In this document: piece after piece, positions 40,614 through 50,414 of the stretch
How positions within the stretch are numbered: the first letter of the stretch is position 1
Layout: each line of letters begins with the position of its first letter
The notes under the pieces: model-generated
The model's input: the letters and a program-made list of their open reading frames with translations, nothing else
The model's database searches: none
Told to the model about the DNA's origin: nothing
Translations under genes and position numbers: made by a program
Assembly (NCBI GenBank): GCA_965205595.1
Contig: CBDBHI010000028.1
Span: 10,903 to 74,902 of the forward strand
Reading direction: 5' to 3'
From: Bryobacterales bacterium
Lineage (GTDB): Bacteria; Acidobacteriota; Terriglobia; Bryobacterales; UBA6623
DNA: 64,000 nucleotides

Positions 40614-42340
40614 AGACAACTCTTGTTGCCCTGACGCTGCTTGCATTCGCTATCGCTTTCCCGGCCCGGGCCGCGGACGCCAAGTTCCATCACGTTCACG
40701 TCACCGCCGCCAGCCCCCCGGAGGCAGCGCGGTGGTACATCCGCTACCTCGATTGCCAAGCGATCGCCGAGCGCAACGACGCCGCAAACTGCCAGGGCAT
40801 TGAGGTCGCGTTCGTTTCGCAAACAACCATGGGCAGCACTCAAGGGACAGGCGTCAACCACATCGGGTTCTCCTACGCGGACCTATCGACCAAGATGGAC
40901 GAGCTAGCCTCGGTCGGAGTGCGCGGCTCGGGCGTTCGCCTGCAGCGATTCGAGGATGGCTCGACGTTGCGAGACGAGCCGGGCCTATTCAAGTACGGGT
41001 TTATTTTTGACCCTTGGGGCACCCGCATCGAATTGGTTGAGGACGGTGACTATCTTGGCTTTCATCACGTCCATCTGAGTTCTAACGACCCGGCAGGAAC
41101 GTTGGCCTGGTATCAGAAAACGTTTGGGGGCAAAGCCGCCAAACTGCGAGGAAAACTCGATGGGATTCTGCTCGGCGATGTCTGGCTGCTCGCCGCGCGG
41201 CACACTGAGGGCGACCCGGCGCCGACACGCAGTCGAGCGCTCGATCACATCGGATTTGAGATGGCCGGCCTCGCTAAAGCTGCATCGAAAATGCGCAAGC
41301 AGGGAGTCAGCTTCCAGACAGATCCAGCGGTTCCAGACAACGCACGGTCAGATGCCAAGCGGGCATTCATCGCAGGACCGGACAGCGTTCGCATCGCCAT
41401 CGTCGAGCCGGGATTCGCCGGGATCAAGCCAGTCGTGGAATCGACGCAGGTAAGTGAAGTCAGCGCGCCATATTCTGTGCCGCGCACGCCATGGGGCGAG
41501 CCCGACCTGCAGGGAGTTTGGAGCGGCAATTCCTCTCACGGCATCCCTCTCGAGCGGCCGTTAGACCTTGCTGAGGTTCGGGATCTCACCACGGAAGAAG
41601 CTGCCGCTCGACGAGAGCGCGGCACCCTTGGCAGCATTTGGGGCTACGAACGCGAGTGGCGCGACACGACTCTCGGGTACGACAAAATGACGCCGTCGAC
41701 TCAAGTAGCGATGATTGTCGACCCGCCCGATGGCCGCCTCCCGGCATTGACCGCCGCGGGTAAACGCATCGTCGAGCAAGTGCGTATCGCACGTGAAAAG
41801 TACACCACCGAGCCGGTCGACGGACCAGAAGATATGACGCCGTACGTCCGCTGCATTACGCGTGGTCTGCCCGGTATGATGATGCCCTCGATCTACAACA
41901 ACGGGCTTCAGATCGTCCAGGGCCCGGGGCATGTCGCTGTTCAGAAGGAGATGGTTCACGAAACTCGAGTGATACCGACCAATCCCCGCAAGCCGGTCGG
42001 CTCGAAGCTGACGACTTGGCTGGGCGAGCCGCAAGGGCACTGGGATGGCGATACGCTTGTCGTCGAGACTCGCGGCTTCAACGGCAAGAGTTCCTACCGT
42101 GGAACCACCAAAGACATGAAGCTCACGGAGCGCTTTACGCGAATTGGCGAAACCAAACTGGCATACGAATTCACCGTCGACGATCCGACGGTCTGGACGG
42201 CCCCATGGACCGCAAGGTTCGGGTTCGACCTCGACAACGAGCAGTACGATCTCGTCGAATACGCCTGCCACGAAGGCAACTACGGCATGTTTAACATTTT
42301 GAGCGGCGCGCGGGCGCGGGACAAAGAAGCCGGTCAATAA
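40610..42340 (+). CDS. Secreted fusion of tandem VOC/glyoxalase domains and a PDLQG-family domain
   Basis: FHHVH, NHIGF, DPWGTRIE, DHIGF; then PRTPWGEPDLQGVW...GHWDGDTLVVET...EYACHEGN. Confidence 0.8.
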   Translation: MKTTLVALTLLAFAIAFPARAADAKFHHVHVTAASPPEAARWYIRYLDCQAIAERNDAANCQGIEVAFVSQTTMGSTQGTGVNHIGFSYADLSTKMDELASVGVRGSGVRLQRFEDGSTLRDEPGLFKYGFIFDPWGTRIELVEDGDYLGFHHVHLSSNDPAGTLAWYQKTFGGKAAKLRGKLDGILLGDVWLLAARHTEGDPAPTRSRALDHIGFEMAGLAKAASKMRKQGVSFQTDPAVPDNARSDAKRAFIAGPDSVRIAIVEPGFAGIKPVVESTQVSEVSAPYSVPRTPWGEPDLQGVWSGNSSHGIPLERPLDLAEVRDLTTEEAAARRERGTLGSIWGYEREWRDTTLGYDKMTPSTQVAMIVDPPDGRLPALTAAGKRIVEQVRIAREKYTTEPVDGPEDMTPYVRCITRGLPGMMMPSIYNNGLQIVQGPGHVAVQKEMVHETRVIPTNPRKPVGSKLTTWLGEPQGHWDGDTLVVETRGFNGKSSYRGTTKDMKLTERFTRIGETKLAYEFTVDDPTVWTAPWTARFGFDLDNEQYDLVEYACHEGNYGMFNILSGARARDKEAGQ

Positions 42341-42353
42341 TAGAGGGAGTCCG

Positions 42354-42791
42354 ATGTCGAAATCAGTAGCTATTACCAGCGCCGCGATCTGCCTGGGACT
42401 CGTTGCACTGTCACTACCGACGGCCGCGCACCACGCATTCTCGTCAGAATTCGACTCCACCAAGCCGGTGCGCCTGCGAGGAAAGATTACGAGAATGGAG
42501 TGGCTCAACCCGCACTCTTGGATGCACGTGGAAGTGAAAGGCGAAGACGGCAAGGCGGCCACGTGGATGATCGAAGCGGGCCCGCCAGGAGCGCTCATTC
42601 GCCGTGGCTGGCGCAAAGATTCGGTCAAGCCGGGCGTGGAAGTTTTAGTCGAGGGCTACCGAGCAATCGATGGCAGCACCAGAGCCAACGGCCGTGACGT
42701 AACGTTGCCAGACGGCACGCGCCTGTTCGCAGGTTCGTCGGGCACGGGCGCCCCGTACGACGACCCGAAGTCGCCCGAACGCCGCAAGTAG
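42354..42791 (+). CDS. DUF6152-like secreted protein
   Basis: AHHAFSSEFD...EWLNPHSW...W after a signal peptide. Confidence 0.8.
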   Translation: MSKSVAITSAAICLGLVALSLPTAAHHAFSSEFDSTKPVRLRGKITRMEWLNPHSWMHVEVKGEDGKAATWMIEAGPPGALIRRGWRKDSVKPGVEVLVEGYRAIDGSTRANGRDVTLPDGTRLFAGSSGTGAPYDDPKSPERRK

Positions 42792-43321
42792 AGCTTGGCT
42801 AGCTGGGTAGCGAAAATTCCGTCGTGTCGTCGAAATTGCACTTCCGTTTTTCATCCTCAATTATCAGGGAAACTTACGGTATTTTAATCTCGTCTTGAAG
42901 CGATTCGACAGCGCGCGGCCTGAGTTTTCGCCCTACGGCTTTAGCTGCGTGCTGTGGACGCCGGGATCGACTTGAGCGTAGTGAATCGAGTGCTCGGGGG
43001 CGAATTGTTGATCGATTCCGTTCGAGACTCCCGCGATGAACTCAAGTTTCAGCTAGAGCGTCTTCAGTAACGGCATAGACCGGTTTCTCTCCTGGTCGGT
43101 CGGTGCGCCCTAAACTGGAATCACGGGTGACAAAAAGGTTAGCACCGAGCCGAAACAACGGTGCCGCAACCGTCAGTACCTATGTCAACAAGTTCCGCGC
43201 GAATTTGGCAGGAGTTGTGTTTGAGCCGCGCGCGCAAGCAAACGCTTGTCTCGGATTCCCTTTACCCTCGAAAGGCCAACTCCAGCGTCAGCACAATCCG
43301 GGGTAGAGCCCAACACCCCGC

Positions 43322-44041
43322 TCAACGCACATGCCGGCCGCCGTCTACCGGCAGCGCCAGACCCGTGATGAACGACGAGTCGTCGCTCGCTAAGAAAAGT
43401 ACCGCTTTGGCGACGTCATCCGCGGTTCCTAGCCTGCCCATGGGGTGTTTGGCGACTAGTTCGTCGCGGGCCGCGAGGTCTTCGAGGATCGGCTCCGTCA
43501 TACCTGTACCCTCGATCGTGCCCGGACAGACGCAATTTACCCGGATACCGCGCGTCGCGTAGTCCAGCGCCATCGATCGCGTCCGCGCTACGACCGCGCC
43601 CTTGGAAGCCGAGTAGGCGGCCAGATCGTAGTTTCCGCGAATGCCGTTGATCGAAGCGTTGTTGACGATGGCGCCTCCACCGTGCTCAATCATGCCGGGT
43701 ACGAAATGGCGGCAGCAAAGCACGACGCCGCGCAGATTTACGGCGAGGATGCGCTCCCACTGGGCATCGTCGGCCTCTGCCACGTTGCCGTGTTCGACGA
43801 TGCCCGCGTTGTTGACTAGAATGTCGACCCTACCGGATTCAGCGGCTAGCTTCCGCACTGCGGACTCGTCCGTCACATCGAGCTCGATCTTGCGGAGGCG
43901 CTCGTCCACAAGCCCGTGCTCGAACTGTAGGTCCGCCGCAATCACCCCCGCCCCCTCGCGCAGAAACCTTTTCGCCACCGCGCGGCCTATGCCTCTCCCC
44001 GCGCCGGTAACGATTGCCGTCTTGCCTTCCAGTCGCATCAA
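43322..44041 (-). CDS. SDR family oxidoreductase
   Basis: TGAGRGIG, NNAG, YSASK. Confidence 0.93.
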   Translation of the reverse strand: MMRLEGKTAIVTGAGRGIGRAVAKRFLREGAGVIAADLQFEHGLVDERLRKIELDVTDESAVRKLAAESGRVDILVNNAGIVEHGNVAEADDAQWERILAVNLRGVVLCCRHFVPGMIEHGGGAIVNNASINGIRGNYDLAAYSASKGAVVARTRSMALDYATRGIRVNCVCPGTIEGTGMTEPILEDLAARDELVAKHPMGRLGTADDVAKAVLFLASDDSSFITGLALPVDGGRHVR

Positions 44042-44138
44042 ACCATGCTATCCCGCTGAGCTGGTAAACAGCCGCCGACTCCGGCGGACCGGAGTTGTCG
44101 AAGCCGACATCGCGATCAACCCCGCAGGACATGGATCG

Positions 44139-45063
44139 TTATAGAGCTTCATCCCAAGCTTGAAGCTGTTTAATAGTGACGCCTGACCCGCCACAGACGA
44201 TGACCAAAACGTTGCCTTTGTCGACTAGAATATCGAGCGCTTGATAAATTGGCACGAGCGAAGCACTGCAAGCCGGTTCAACTAAGAGTCGATGGTGGAG
44301 GGCGAAGGACAGGCAAGCGTCTACCGCCTGACGGTCAGTGACAATATGGTTTATAACCCGATGGCTATGGCAATAATCATAGGCTTTCAGGGCAACTTGT
44401 TTGGCTCCAAGCGTAGTGGCTACGGTGGTGATGGCTGGCAACGTTACCAACTGACCCGCCTTAACCGAAGCAGCGAGCGACGCTGCCCCTTCGGTCTCAA
44501 CGGCAATCACCGGTACATCAGCCAAATCGTTGCGGCGTAGCCCGTCGACGACCCCCACACAACAACCCACCGCCCCCGACCGAGACAACAATCGCATCTG
44601 GCACAAGGCCACTCTGTGCGACCTCATCAATCATCGTCGCGTGACCCGCCCACACCAGCGGATCATCAAATGGGTGAAGACAGGCGTCGTGCGCTTCAGT
44701 GATTTGTTGGGCGTACTCATGTGACTCTTTCCAGCTATTGCCATTAACGATGACCCTAGCTTCTTCTTGCTCCAATACTTCAACCGATCGGGGCGATACT
44801 GTTTCTGGCACCACGACGACCGTTCGTACGCCCAATTTTCGACCCGCATAGGCGACAGCAATACCTGCGTTACCGCCAGAGGCGATGATGAAGCGCTTAG
44901 CACCGTCAGACACGTGCTTCTGACAGGCGTGCCCCAGACCTCGCAACTTGAACGACCCAGAGGGCTGTAGGGCATCCATTTTCAACCAAACCCGGCCTGC
45001 TACCAATTGAGACAGTGGCTGTGATTCGATCAAGGGTGTTTCGATGTGTAAAGGCTGCTTCAT
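44139..45063 (-). pseudogene. PLP-dependent serine/threonine dehydratase with +1 frameshift
   Basis: QPSGSFKLRG, SGGNAG, VGGGGLLCG; extra G in run at 44552-44556 shifts to the VVDGL...VEPAC...VCGG frame. Confidence 0.85.
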
Positions 45064-45366
45064 TTCGAGTTGTTGACGAGTTGCTAGGGTACCGGAGCCT
45101 GGAAGTGGGGGCCGATCATGTTGGCCGATTCTATCGCTCTTCGACACGGCGCGATCGGTTCCAGGTCGTAGTCCGCCAAACTGGGGTCTCGGTAGTTTGG
45201 GCCGGCTTTCGAGATTGGGGCAGCGCTGGAAGTGGAGCACCGCAATGCGGGTGGCTTTCGCGAGCCGGACATGAACGAAGCCTGACGGCAGACGCTTCGC
45301 GTGGTGGCAAGCGAGGTGAAGACGGGAAGGCGGGCGTAAGGTCGTGGACACCAAAGGAGGTGTCCC

Positions 45367-46251
45367 ATGACACGTTTACGCCGGCAGATGCTCGACGAGC
45401 TCGAGCGTCGCAATTACTCCGCGAACACGATTCGCTGCTACATCCGCGCAGTCGAAGAGTTCGCGCGCTACTTCAAGCGGCCGCCCGATCAGTTGGGTCT
45501 GGAAGAGATCCGCAAGCATCAAGCTCATCTGTTTCGTGATCGCAAGCTCGCCGCCAACACCGTGGCTCAACATCTGGCGGGGCTGCGGTTCTTCTACGTC
45601 AAGACGCTCGGACAAGCGTGGAATTTGACGTACACGCCCTATCCCAAGAGACCCCGAAGCTTGCCGAGCATCCTTTCTGTCGAAGAGGTCGCCCATCTGA
45701 TCGATGCAGCCGACAGCATGTTCCACCGCATGATCGTGATGACGCTCTACGCCACCGGCGTGCGTCGGGCGGAGCTGACTCAGCTCCAACTCAACGACAT
45801 CGACTCTGAACGCATGGTGGTTCATGTTCGCGGCGGCAAGGGCCGCAAAGACCGCGATGTGATGCTCAGTCCAGAGTTGCTCGTCGCATTACGCGAGCAC
45901 GTTCGGGGGCTGCGGCGCAAGCCGAAACAGTGGCTGTTTCCGGGAGGGAAGTGGCACAACAGCGACGATCCGATCAGCACCAAAGCGGTCTGGAACGCTT
46001 GCCACGCAGCCGCCCGGCGGGCCGGCATCGATAAACCCGTTCATCCCCACACTTTGCGTCATTGTTTCGCCACGCACTTGCTCGAAGCCGGGGCGGACTT
46101 GCGTACCATCCAGATGCTGCTCGGGCATCGCGACCTGGAGCAGACGGCGGTCTATCTGCACTTGTCGGCGCGTCACTTCAGCGCCGTCGCGAGTCCGCTG
46201 GACGCCTTGCAGTTAGCTTCAGCGGCACAACAAGATCCCGGGACAACGTAG
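45367..46251 (+). CDS. Tyrosine recombinase (integron-integrase-like N-terminus)
   Basis: RRNYSANTIRCY, TGVRRAE, GKGRKDR, HTLRHCFATHLLE, LGH...TAVY; AGGAGG RBS. Confidence 0.95.
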   Translation: MTRLRRQMLDELERRNYSANTIRCYIRAVEEFARYFKRPPDQLGLEEIRKHQAHLFRDRKLAANTVAQHLAGLRFFYVKTLGQAWNLTYTPYPKRPRSLPSILSVEEVAHLIDAADSMFHRMIVMTLYATGVRRAELTQLQLNDIDSERMVVHVRGGKGRKDRDVMLSPELLVALREHVRGLRRKPKQWLFPGGKWHNSDDPISTKAVWNACHAAARRAGIDKPVHPHTLRHCFATHLLEAGADLRTIQMLLGHRDLEQTAVYLHLSARHFSAVASPLDALQLASAAQQDPGTT

Positions 46252-47439
46252 ATGCAACGGCCGCCGCTGGAGGTGGCCGATCTGGTTCGCGCCGCGGGAC
46301 AAAGCTTCTTCGTCAGAACTCGCGGCTGGCTTCGCGGACAGCACGTCAAAGTGTTGTCAGCAATCGCACGCTGCCGCACCGCCGCGCTGGGCGGTCATCG
46401 CGATAAGTGCGACGACTGCGGCCATGAACCGCCCATCTCCTACAACTCGTGCCGCGATCGGCATTGTCCGAAGTGTCAAGCCAACACGCGCAAGCGGTGG
46501 CTTGAGGCTCGCCGCAGCGAACTGCTGCCGGTGCGCTACCTGCACGTCGTGTTCACCTTGCCGCACCTGCTCTCCCAGTTCGCCTTGCAGAACAAAAAGG
46601 TGATCTACTCGCTGTTGCTGCGCACGAGCGCCCAGACGCTGCGCCAAGTTGCTCGCGATCCCAAGCACCTTGGCGCCGAGATCGGCTTCTTCTCGATTCT
46701 GCATACCTGGAACCAGAGAGTCCAAGAACACGCCCATGTCCACTCGGTGGTCCCCGCCGGCGGTCTCGCGCTCGATCAGGACCGTTGGATCGATGCCCCC
46801 TCCAAGACTTTCTTCCTTCCCAAGGACATCTTGGCTGAAGTCTTTCGCGGCAAGTTCGTCGAAGGGTTGCGCAAGGCCTTCGCCAAAGGCGAGCTGCGTT
46901 TCCACGGGCGCTTTGCGCCGCTATCTCAACCACGCGCCTTCAAGTCTTTCGTGCGCACGCTGTACCGCACCAAGTGGGTGGTCGAAGTGCGACCGCCCTT
47001 CGGAGGTCCCGGGCAAGCTCTCGAGTATCTGAGCCGCTACACCCACCGTGTGGCGATCTCGAATCAGCGCCTGGTCTCGTTCGAGCAGGGCCAAGTCACC
47101 TTCCGTTGGCGCGATTCCGCCAACGGCAATCAACAACGGCTGATGACGCTCGCGCTCGATGAGTTCCTGCGTCGCTTCCTGCTGCACGTGTTGCCGAGCC
47201 GCTTTGTGCGCATTCGCTACTACGGCTTCCTGGCTCACCGCAAGCGCGCTGCTCTGTTGCCGCTGTGTCGCCGCCTGATCGCTCGCGTCAATCCGTCGCG
47301 CATGATCTCCTACGGCGCTCACGAACCCACTCATACCTTCTGGGGCTGTCCTCGCTGCGGCGGCCGCTTGCGCGTCGTCGAACGCTTCAGCGCAGCGGAA
47401 CTGTGCGCTCGTGCTCCACCCGTTCTCGCCGCCGCATGA
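46252..47439 (+). CDS. IS91-family rolling-circle (Y2/HUH) transposase
   Basis: Zn region CRT..CDDC..SCRDRHCPKCQ, HVVFTLP, HTW...HAHVH, YLSRYTHR. Confidence 0.95.
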   Translation: MQRPPLEVADLVRAAGQSFFVRTRGWLRGQHVKVLSAIARCRTAALGGHRDKCDDCGHEPPISYNSCRDRHCPKCQANTRKRWLEARRSELLPVRYLHVVFTLPHLLSQFALQNKKVIYSLLLRTSAQTLRQVARDPKHLGAEIGFFSILHTWNQRVQEHAHVHSVVPAGGLALDQDRWIDAPSKTFFLPKDILAEVFRGKFVEGLRKAFAKGELRFHGRFAPLSQPRAFKSFVRTLYRTKWVVEVRPPFGGPGQALEYLSRYTHRVAISNQRLVSFEQGQVTFRWRDSANGNQQRLMTLALDEFLRRFLLHVLPSRFVRIRYYGFLAHRKRAALLPLCRRLIARVNPSRMISYGAHEPTHTFWGCPRCGGRLRVVERFSAAELCARAPPVLAAA

Positions 47440-47865
47440 TGCTACTCCTCATCACAGCCCGGGATTCTTGGTCGCTTCGGCGTGAGCCGCGCTCGTGCGC
47501 CTCGGCTAGCTTCGCCCCCCTATGCGCCTCGTTTCGACCGCCTTCCCCACAGCGAAACCTTTGGCCGCGCCCCGCGATCACAACTCCAACTCGCTTAGCC
47601 GTGTCGCTGAACCGCCCTCGGACGCCGTTTCGACTCTCTTCAGCGCCTCTCGCTCGCAACATTCAAAACGCATAGACTGCAAACACCGGCGGGGGCTTCC
47701 TTCATGTCGTTGTATCGCAAGCGGTTAGCTCTCTCGTACTGCGAGACCTCTATGTGCGCCGCTCGCGATACAACACTCAGACATGTCGGAAGTGTCCGGC
47801 AGGCCCTCTGGAGCTTCGTCTTGACCGCGAGCCGTTGCGGCCCGCATCTCACGTAGCATGAATGC

Positions 47866-48879
47866 ATGCCAAAGGTGACTCTCTACGGAGCCGCTCTTCT
47901 GATTGCTGGGACGTGCAGCGCCGAGTCACGGATCGGAGGAATCGAGTTCTTCGGGTATGGCGGCCTTGACGTTGGGGAGATCCGTAGCGCTCTGCCTCTG
48001 AACGAAGGCACTCCTTGGGTCGAGGAGAACCGGCGCGTCCTTCGGGAGTTCGTAAAGGTCTCTTTAGGTACCGACGCCACGGACATCGCGGCTGTCTGCT
48101 GCGATGAAGGCGGCGATCGCTGGGTATATATCGGGCTCCACGGCGGCACCAGTAAGACTATCCGCTTCCTCGACGAGCCCGCGGGGGCCCTGCGTCTTCC
48201 TCAAGAGCTACTTCAGATCAGCGCGAGGCTCGAAGGCGCGCTGCGCGCAGCGGTCGAGCGTGGCGGCGATGCGATCCAGGAAGACAGGTCTCGCGGTTAT
48301 GCACTTACGAATAATCCAAGCGCGCGATCTGTAGAGCTGGAAATGAGGGAGTACGCTCTTGGGCGCGCTCCGCAGATATTCGCCGTGTTGGCCGACTCCT
48401 CCGACGCGCAACATCGAGCGATCGCTGCCGAGGCAGCCGGGTATGCCGAACACACAGCAACGCAGGTACACGTGCTTTCCAGGGCGACTCGCGATCCTAA
48501 CAGGACCGTTCGAAACAACGCCATCCGGGCTCTCGCGGTTTTGGCTGGCTCGGACATCGGGTTGGCCGTGCCCATAGAAGCATCTCTATTCATAGAGCTG
48601 CTCTCGTCAGGCAGTTGGGAGGACCGCAACAAGTCCGTTGCCGTTCTCCTCTCGCTGACGCAATCCCGGGATATACGACTACTGTCGGAGATCAAGGAGC
48701 GGTCTCTGAATGCGTTGGTTGAATCCGCGCGCTGGCGTTGGATTGGTCACTCTTACGGGGCAAGGGTCATTCTAGGCAGGATCGCTGCGCTCGAAGAGAG
48801 CGTGATCGTTGACGATGCTTCAACTTCCGACTTCGTGGATGCCGTTCTGAGCCGCATTCGGAAATCCCGAACCCCCTAG
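47866..48879 (+). CDS. Secreted HEAT-repeat-like protein
   Basis: Signal peptide; DPNRTVRNNAIRAL, WEDRNK helical repeats. Confidence 0.75.
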   Translation: MPKVTLYGAALLIAGTCSAESRIGGIEFFGYGGLDVGEIRSALPLNEGTPWVEENRRVLREFVKVSLGTDATDIAAVCCDEGGDRWVYIGLHGGTSKTIRFLDEPAGALRLPQELLQISARLEGALRAAVERGGDAIQEDRSRGYALTNNPSARSVELEMREYALGRAPQIFAVLADSSDAQHRAIAAEAAGYAEHTATQVHVLSRATRDPNRTVRNNAIRALAVLAGSDIGLAVPIEASLFIELLSSGSWEDRNKSVAVLLSLTQSRDIRLLSEIKERSLNALVESARWRWIGHSYGARVILGRIAALEESVIVDDASTSDFVDAVLSRIRKSRTP

Positions 48880-49131
48880 GCTGGCTCAGGCGCTAGGCAG
48901 CGCAGATCGATGGTCGGGGAAGCACACTTCCGCGGATGGGGATCGTCGGACCTGTAGACACTGCTAACTACCAAAAAGTTCCCGAGCCTACCCTAGCTTC
49001 GCCAGTGGGGCTCGAAGGACTGAGACGTCTGCTGTGCGGTTGGCTCCGCGAGCCGGACTCGCCGCAAGCGAGTCGCCGGCATCTTAGTAAGGGCTCGAAG
49101 CCACCGACTCTAGCCGGATCGAAGAGCCTAT

Positions 49132-50331
49132 GTGCCCGGCGACGCTATGATCGATCCAAAGGCGTTGAGCACGAAAGGAATGTCTGAGGGCAACGAGAGT
49201 TCTGAACAGGATGTCCGCGTTAAAACCCTGTGCGACGATATCGAGCAAATTTACGATTCCGGTGACCGCTATCCGAAGATCACCGTTAACAGGCACTGGT
49301 CGAACCACAACCCCACGATCTCTGGAGAGATTGCTAGACCCAAAGCATTTCGATGGTATCTGGAACGCGAGCTGCTTGCGTTAGCTCGCAAGGGCGCGCA
49401 AATTGAGGTCGAGCCGTCGCGACAACGGATCAGCCTAAATTCTCCCGAGCTGCTCCAGAAGATCGACGAAAGTTCGTTCGATCTAACTCGGAAGAAGCTG
49501 TTCTTATTCGGGCCCGAACGCGTAGACCTATCTATTGAGCGCCTTGAGCACTACACCTCGACCGAGGCGCATCACTTTCAGCGCTTCATCCTGCTAACGA
49601 ACTACCAGATGCATATGGACGCGTTTGAGCGCTTGTATCCAAGTTGCGTCAAGCCTGGCCGGCAGGGCGCCCAAATGCCCGCCTATCATCAAGCCCTGCC
49701 TGACAACGCCGGGCTCAGTATCGTCAATATCGGCGTCGGCCCGTCCAACGCAAAGACCTTCACCGATCACGTCGCCGTTCTGCGCCCCGATGCGATGCTC
49801 ATGATCGGCCATTGCGCGGGCGTGCGCAACCACCAAGAGATAGGCGATTTCGTATTGGCCTCCGGCTACATGCGGGCGGATCGCATCCTCGACGCGGCGC
49901 TTCCCCTGAGTGTCCCTGTCGCACCGAACTTTCTTCTCAACAAGCATCTGGCGCGGGTGTTGGATGAGCGTGGACAGCGTTATCGAATCGGAACGGTGTA
50001 CACCACCGTCGATCGGAACTGGGAACTGTTCTGGCGCGACTCACTCGCAAACTTACGATCAAGCCGCAGCATCGCCGTGGACATGGAATCGGGGACAGTG
50101 GCAGCCAACGGATTCCGCTACCGTGTCCCGAACGCGACACTGCTTTGCGTTTCCGACAAGCCGCTGCACGGCCAGCCGAAGCTTCCCGGGGACGCCAAGC
50201 GATTCTACGAAGAGTCCAAGAACCAGCATCTGGCGATAGCAATCGACGCGCTGGAGAGTGCACGGGACGACTATCCCGGCGGATTTCCGAATACAGAGCT
50301 GCGAGCACCGAACGATCCGCTAATTCGCTGA
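49132..50331 (+). CDS. amn: AMP nucleosidase (start uncertain)
   Basis: RVDLSIERLEHYT, FILLTNY, QMPAYH, NIGVGPSNAKT, MIGHCAG, DMES, VSDKPLHG. Confidence 0.9.
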   Translation: MPGDAMIDPKALSTKGMSEGNESSEQDVRVKTLCDDIEQIYDSGDRYPKITVNRHWSNHNPTISGEIARPKAFRWYLERELLALARKGAQIEVEPSRQRISLNSPELLQKIDESSFDLTRKKLFLFGPERVDLSIERLEHYTSTEAHHFQRFILLTNYQMHMDAFERLYPSCVKPGRQGAQMPAYHQALPDNAGLSIVNIGVGPSNAKTFTDHVAVLRPDAMLMIGHCAGVRNHQEIGDFVLASGYMRADRILDAALPLSVPVAPNFLLNKHLARVLDERGQRYRIGTVYTTVDRNWELFWRDSLANLRSSRSIAVDMESGTVAANGFRYRVPNATLLCVSDKPLHGQPKLPGDAKRFYEESKNQHLAIAIDALESARDDYPGGFPNTELRAPNDPLIR

Positions 50332-50414
50332 TTGACGCAGCAACTCGTGACGTTGGCGCCGCGAGTCGGAGTCGCCGCAAGTATTGTCGGAGCGATTATC
50401 GTTGGACGCAACGC

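Larger units (their letters stand above)
45268..47785 (+). mobile_element. Tyrosine recombinase + IS91-like (Y2) element 1
   Basis: Direct repeat GACATG at 45268-45273 and 47780-47785; ends complementary to an internal arm; two-gene unit. Confidence 0.82.
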
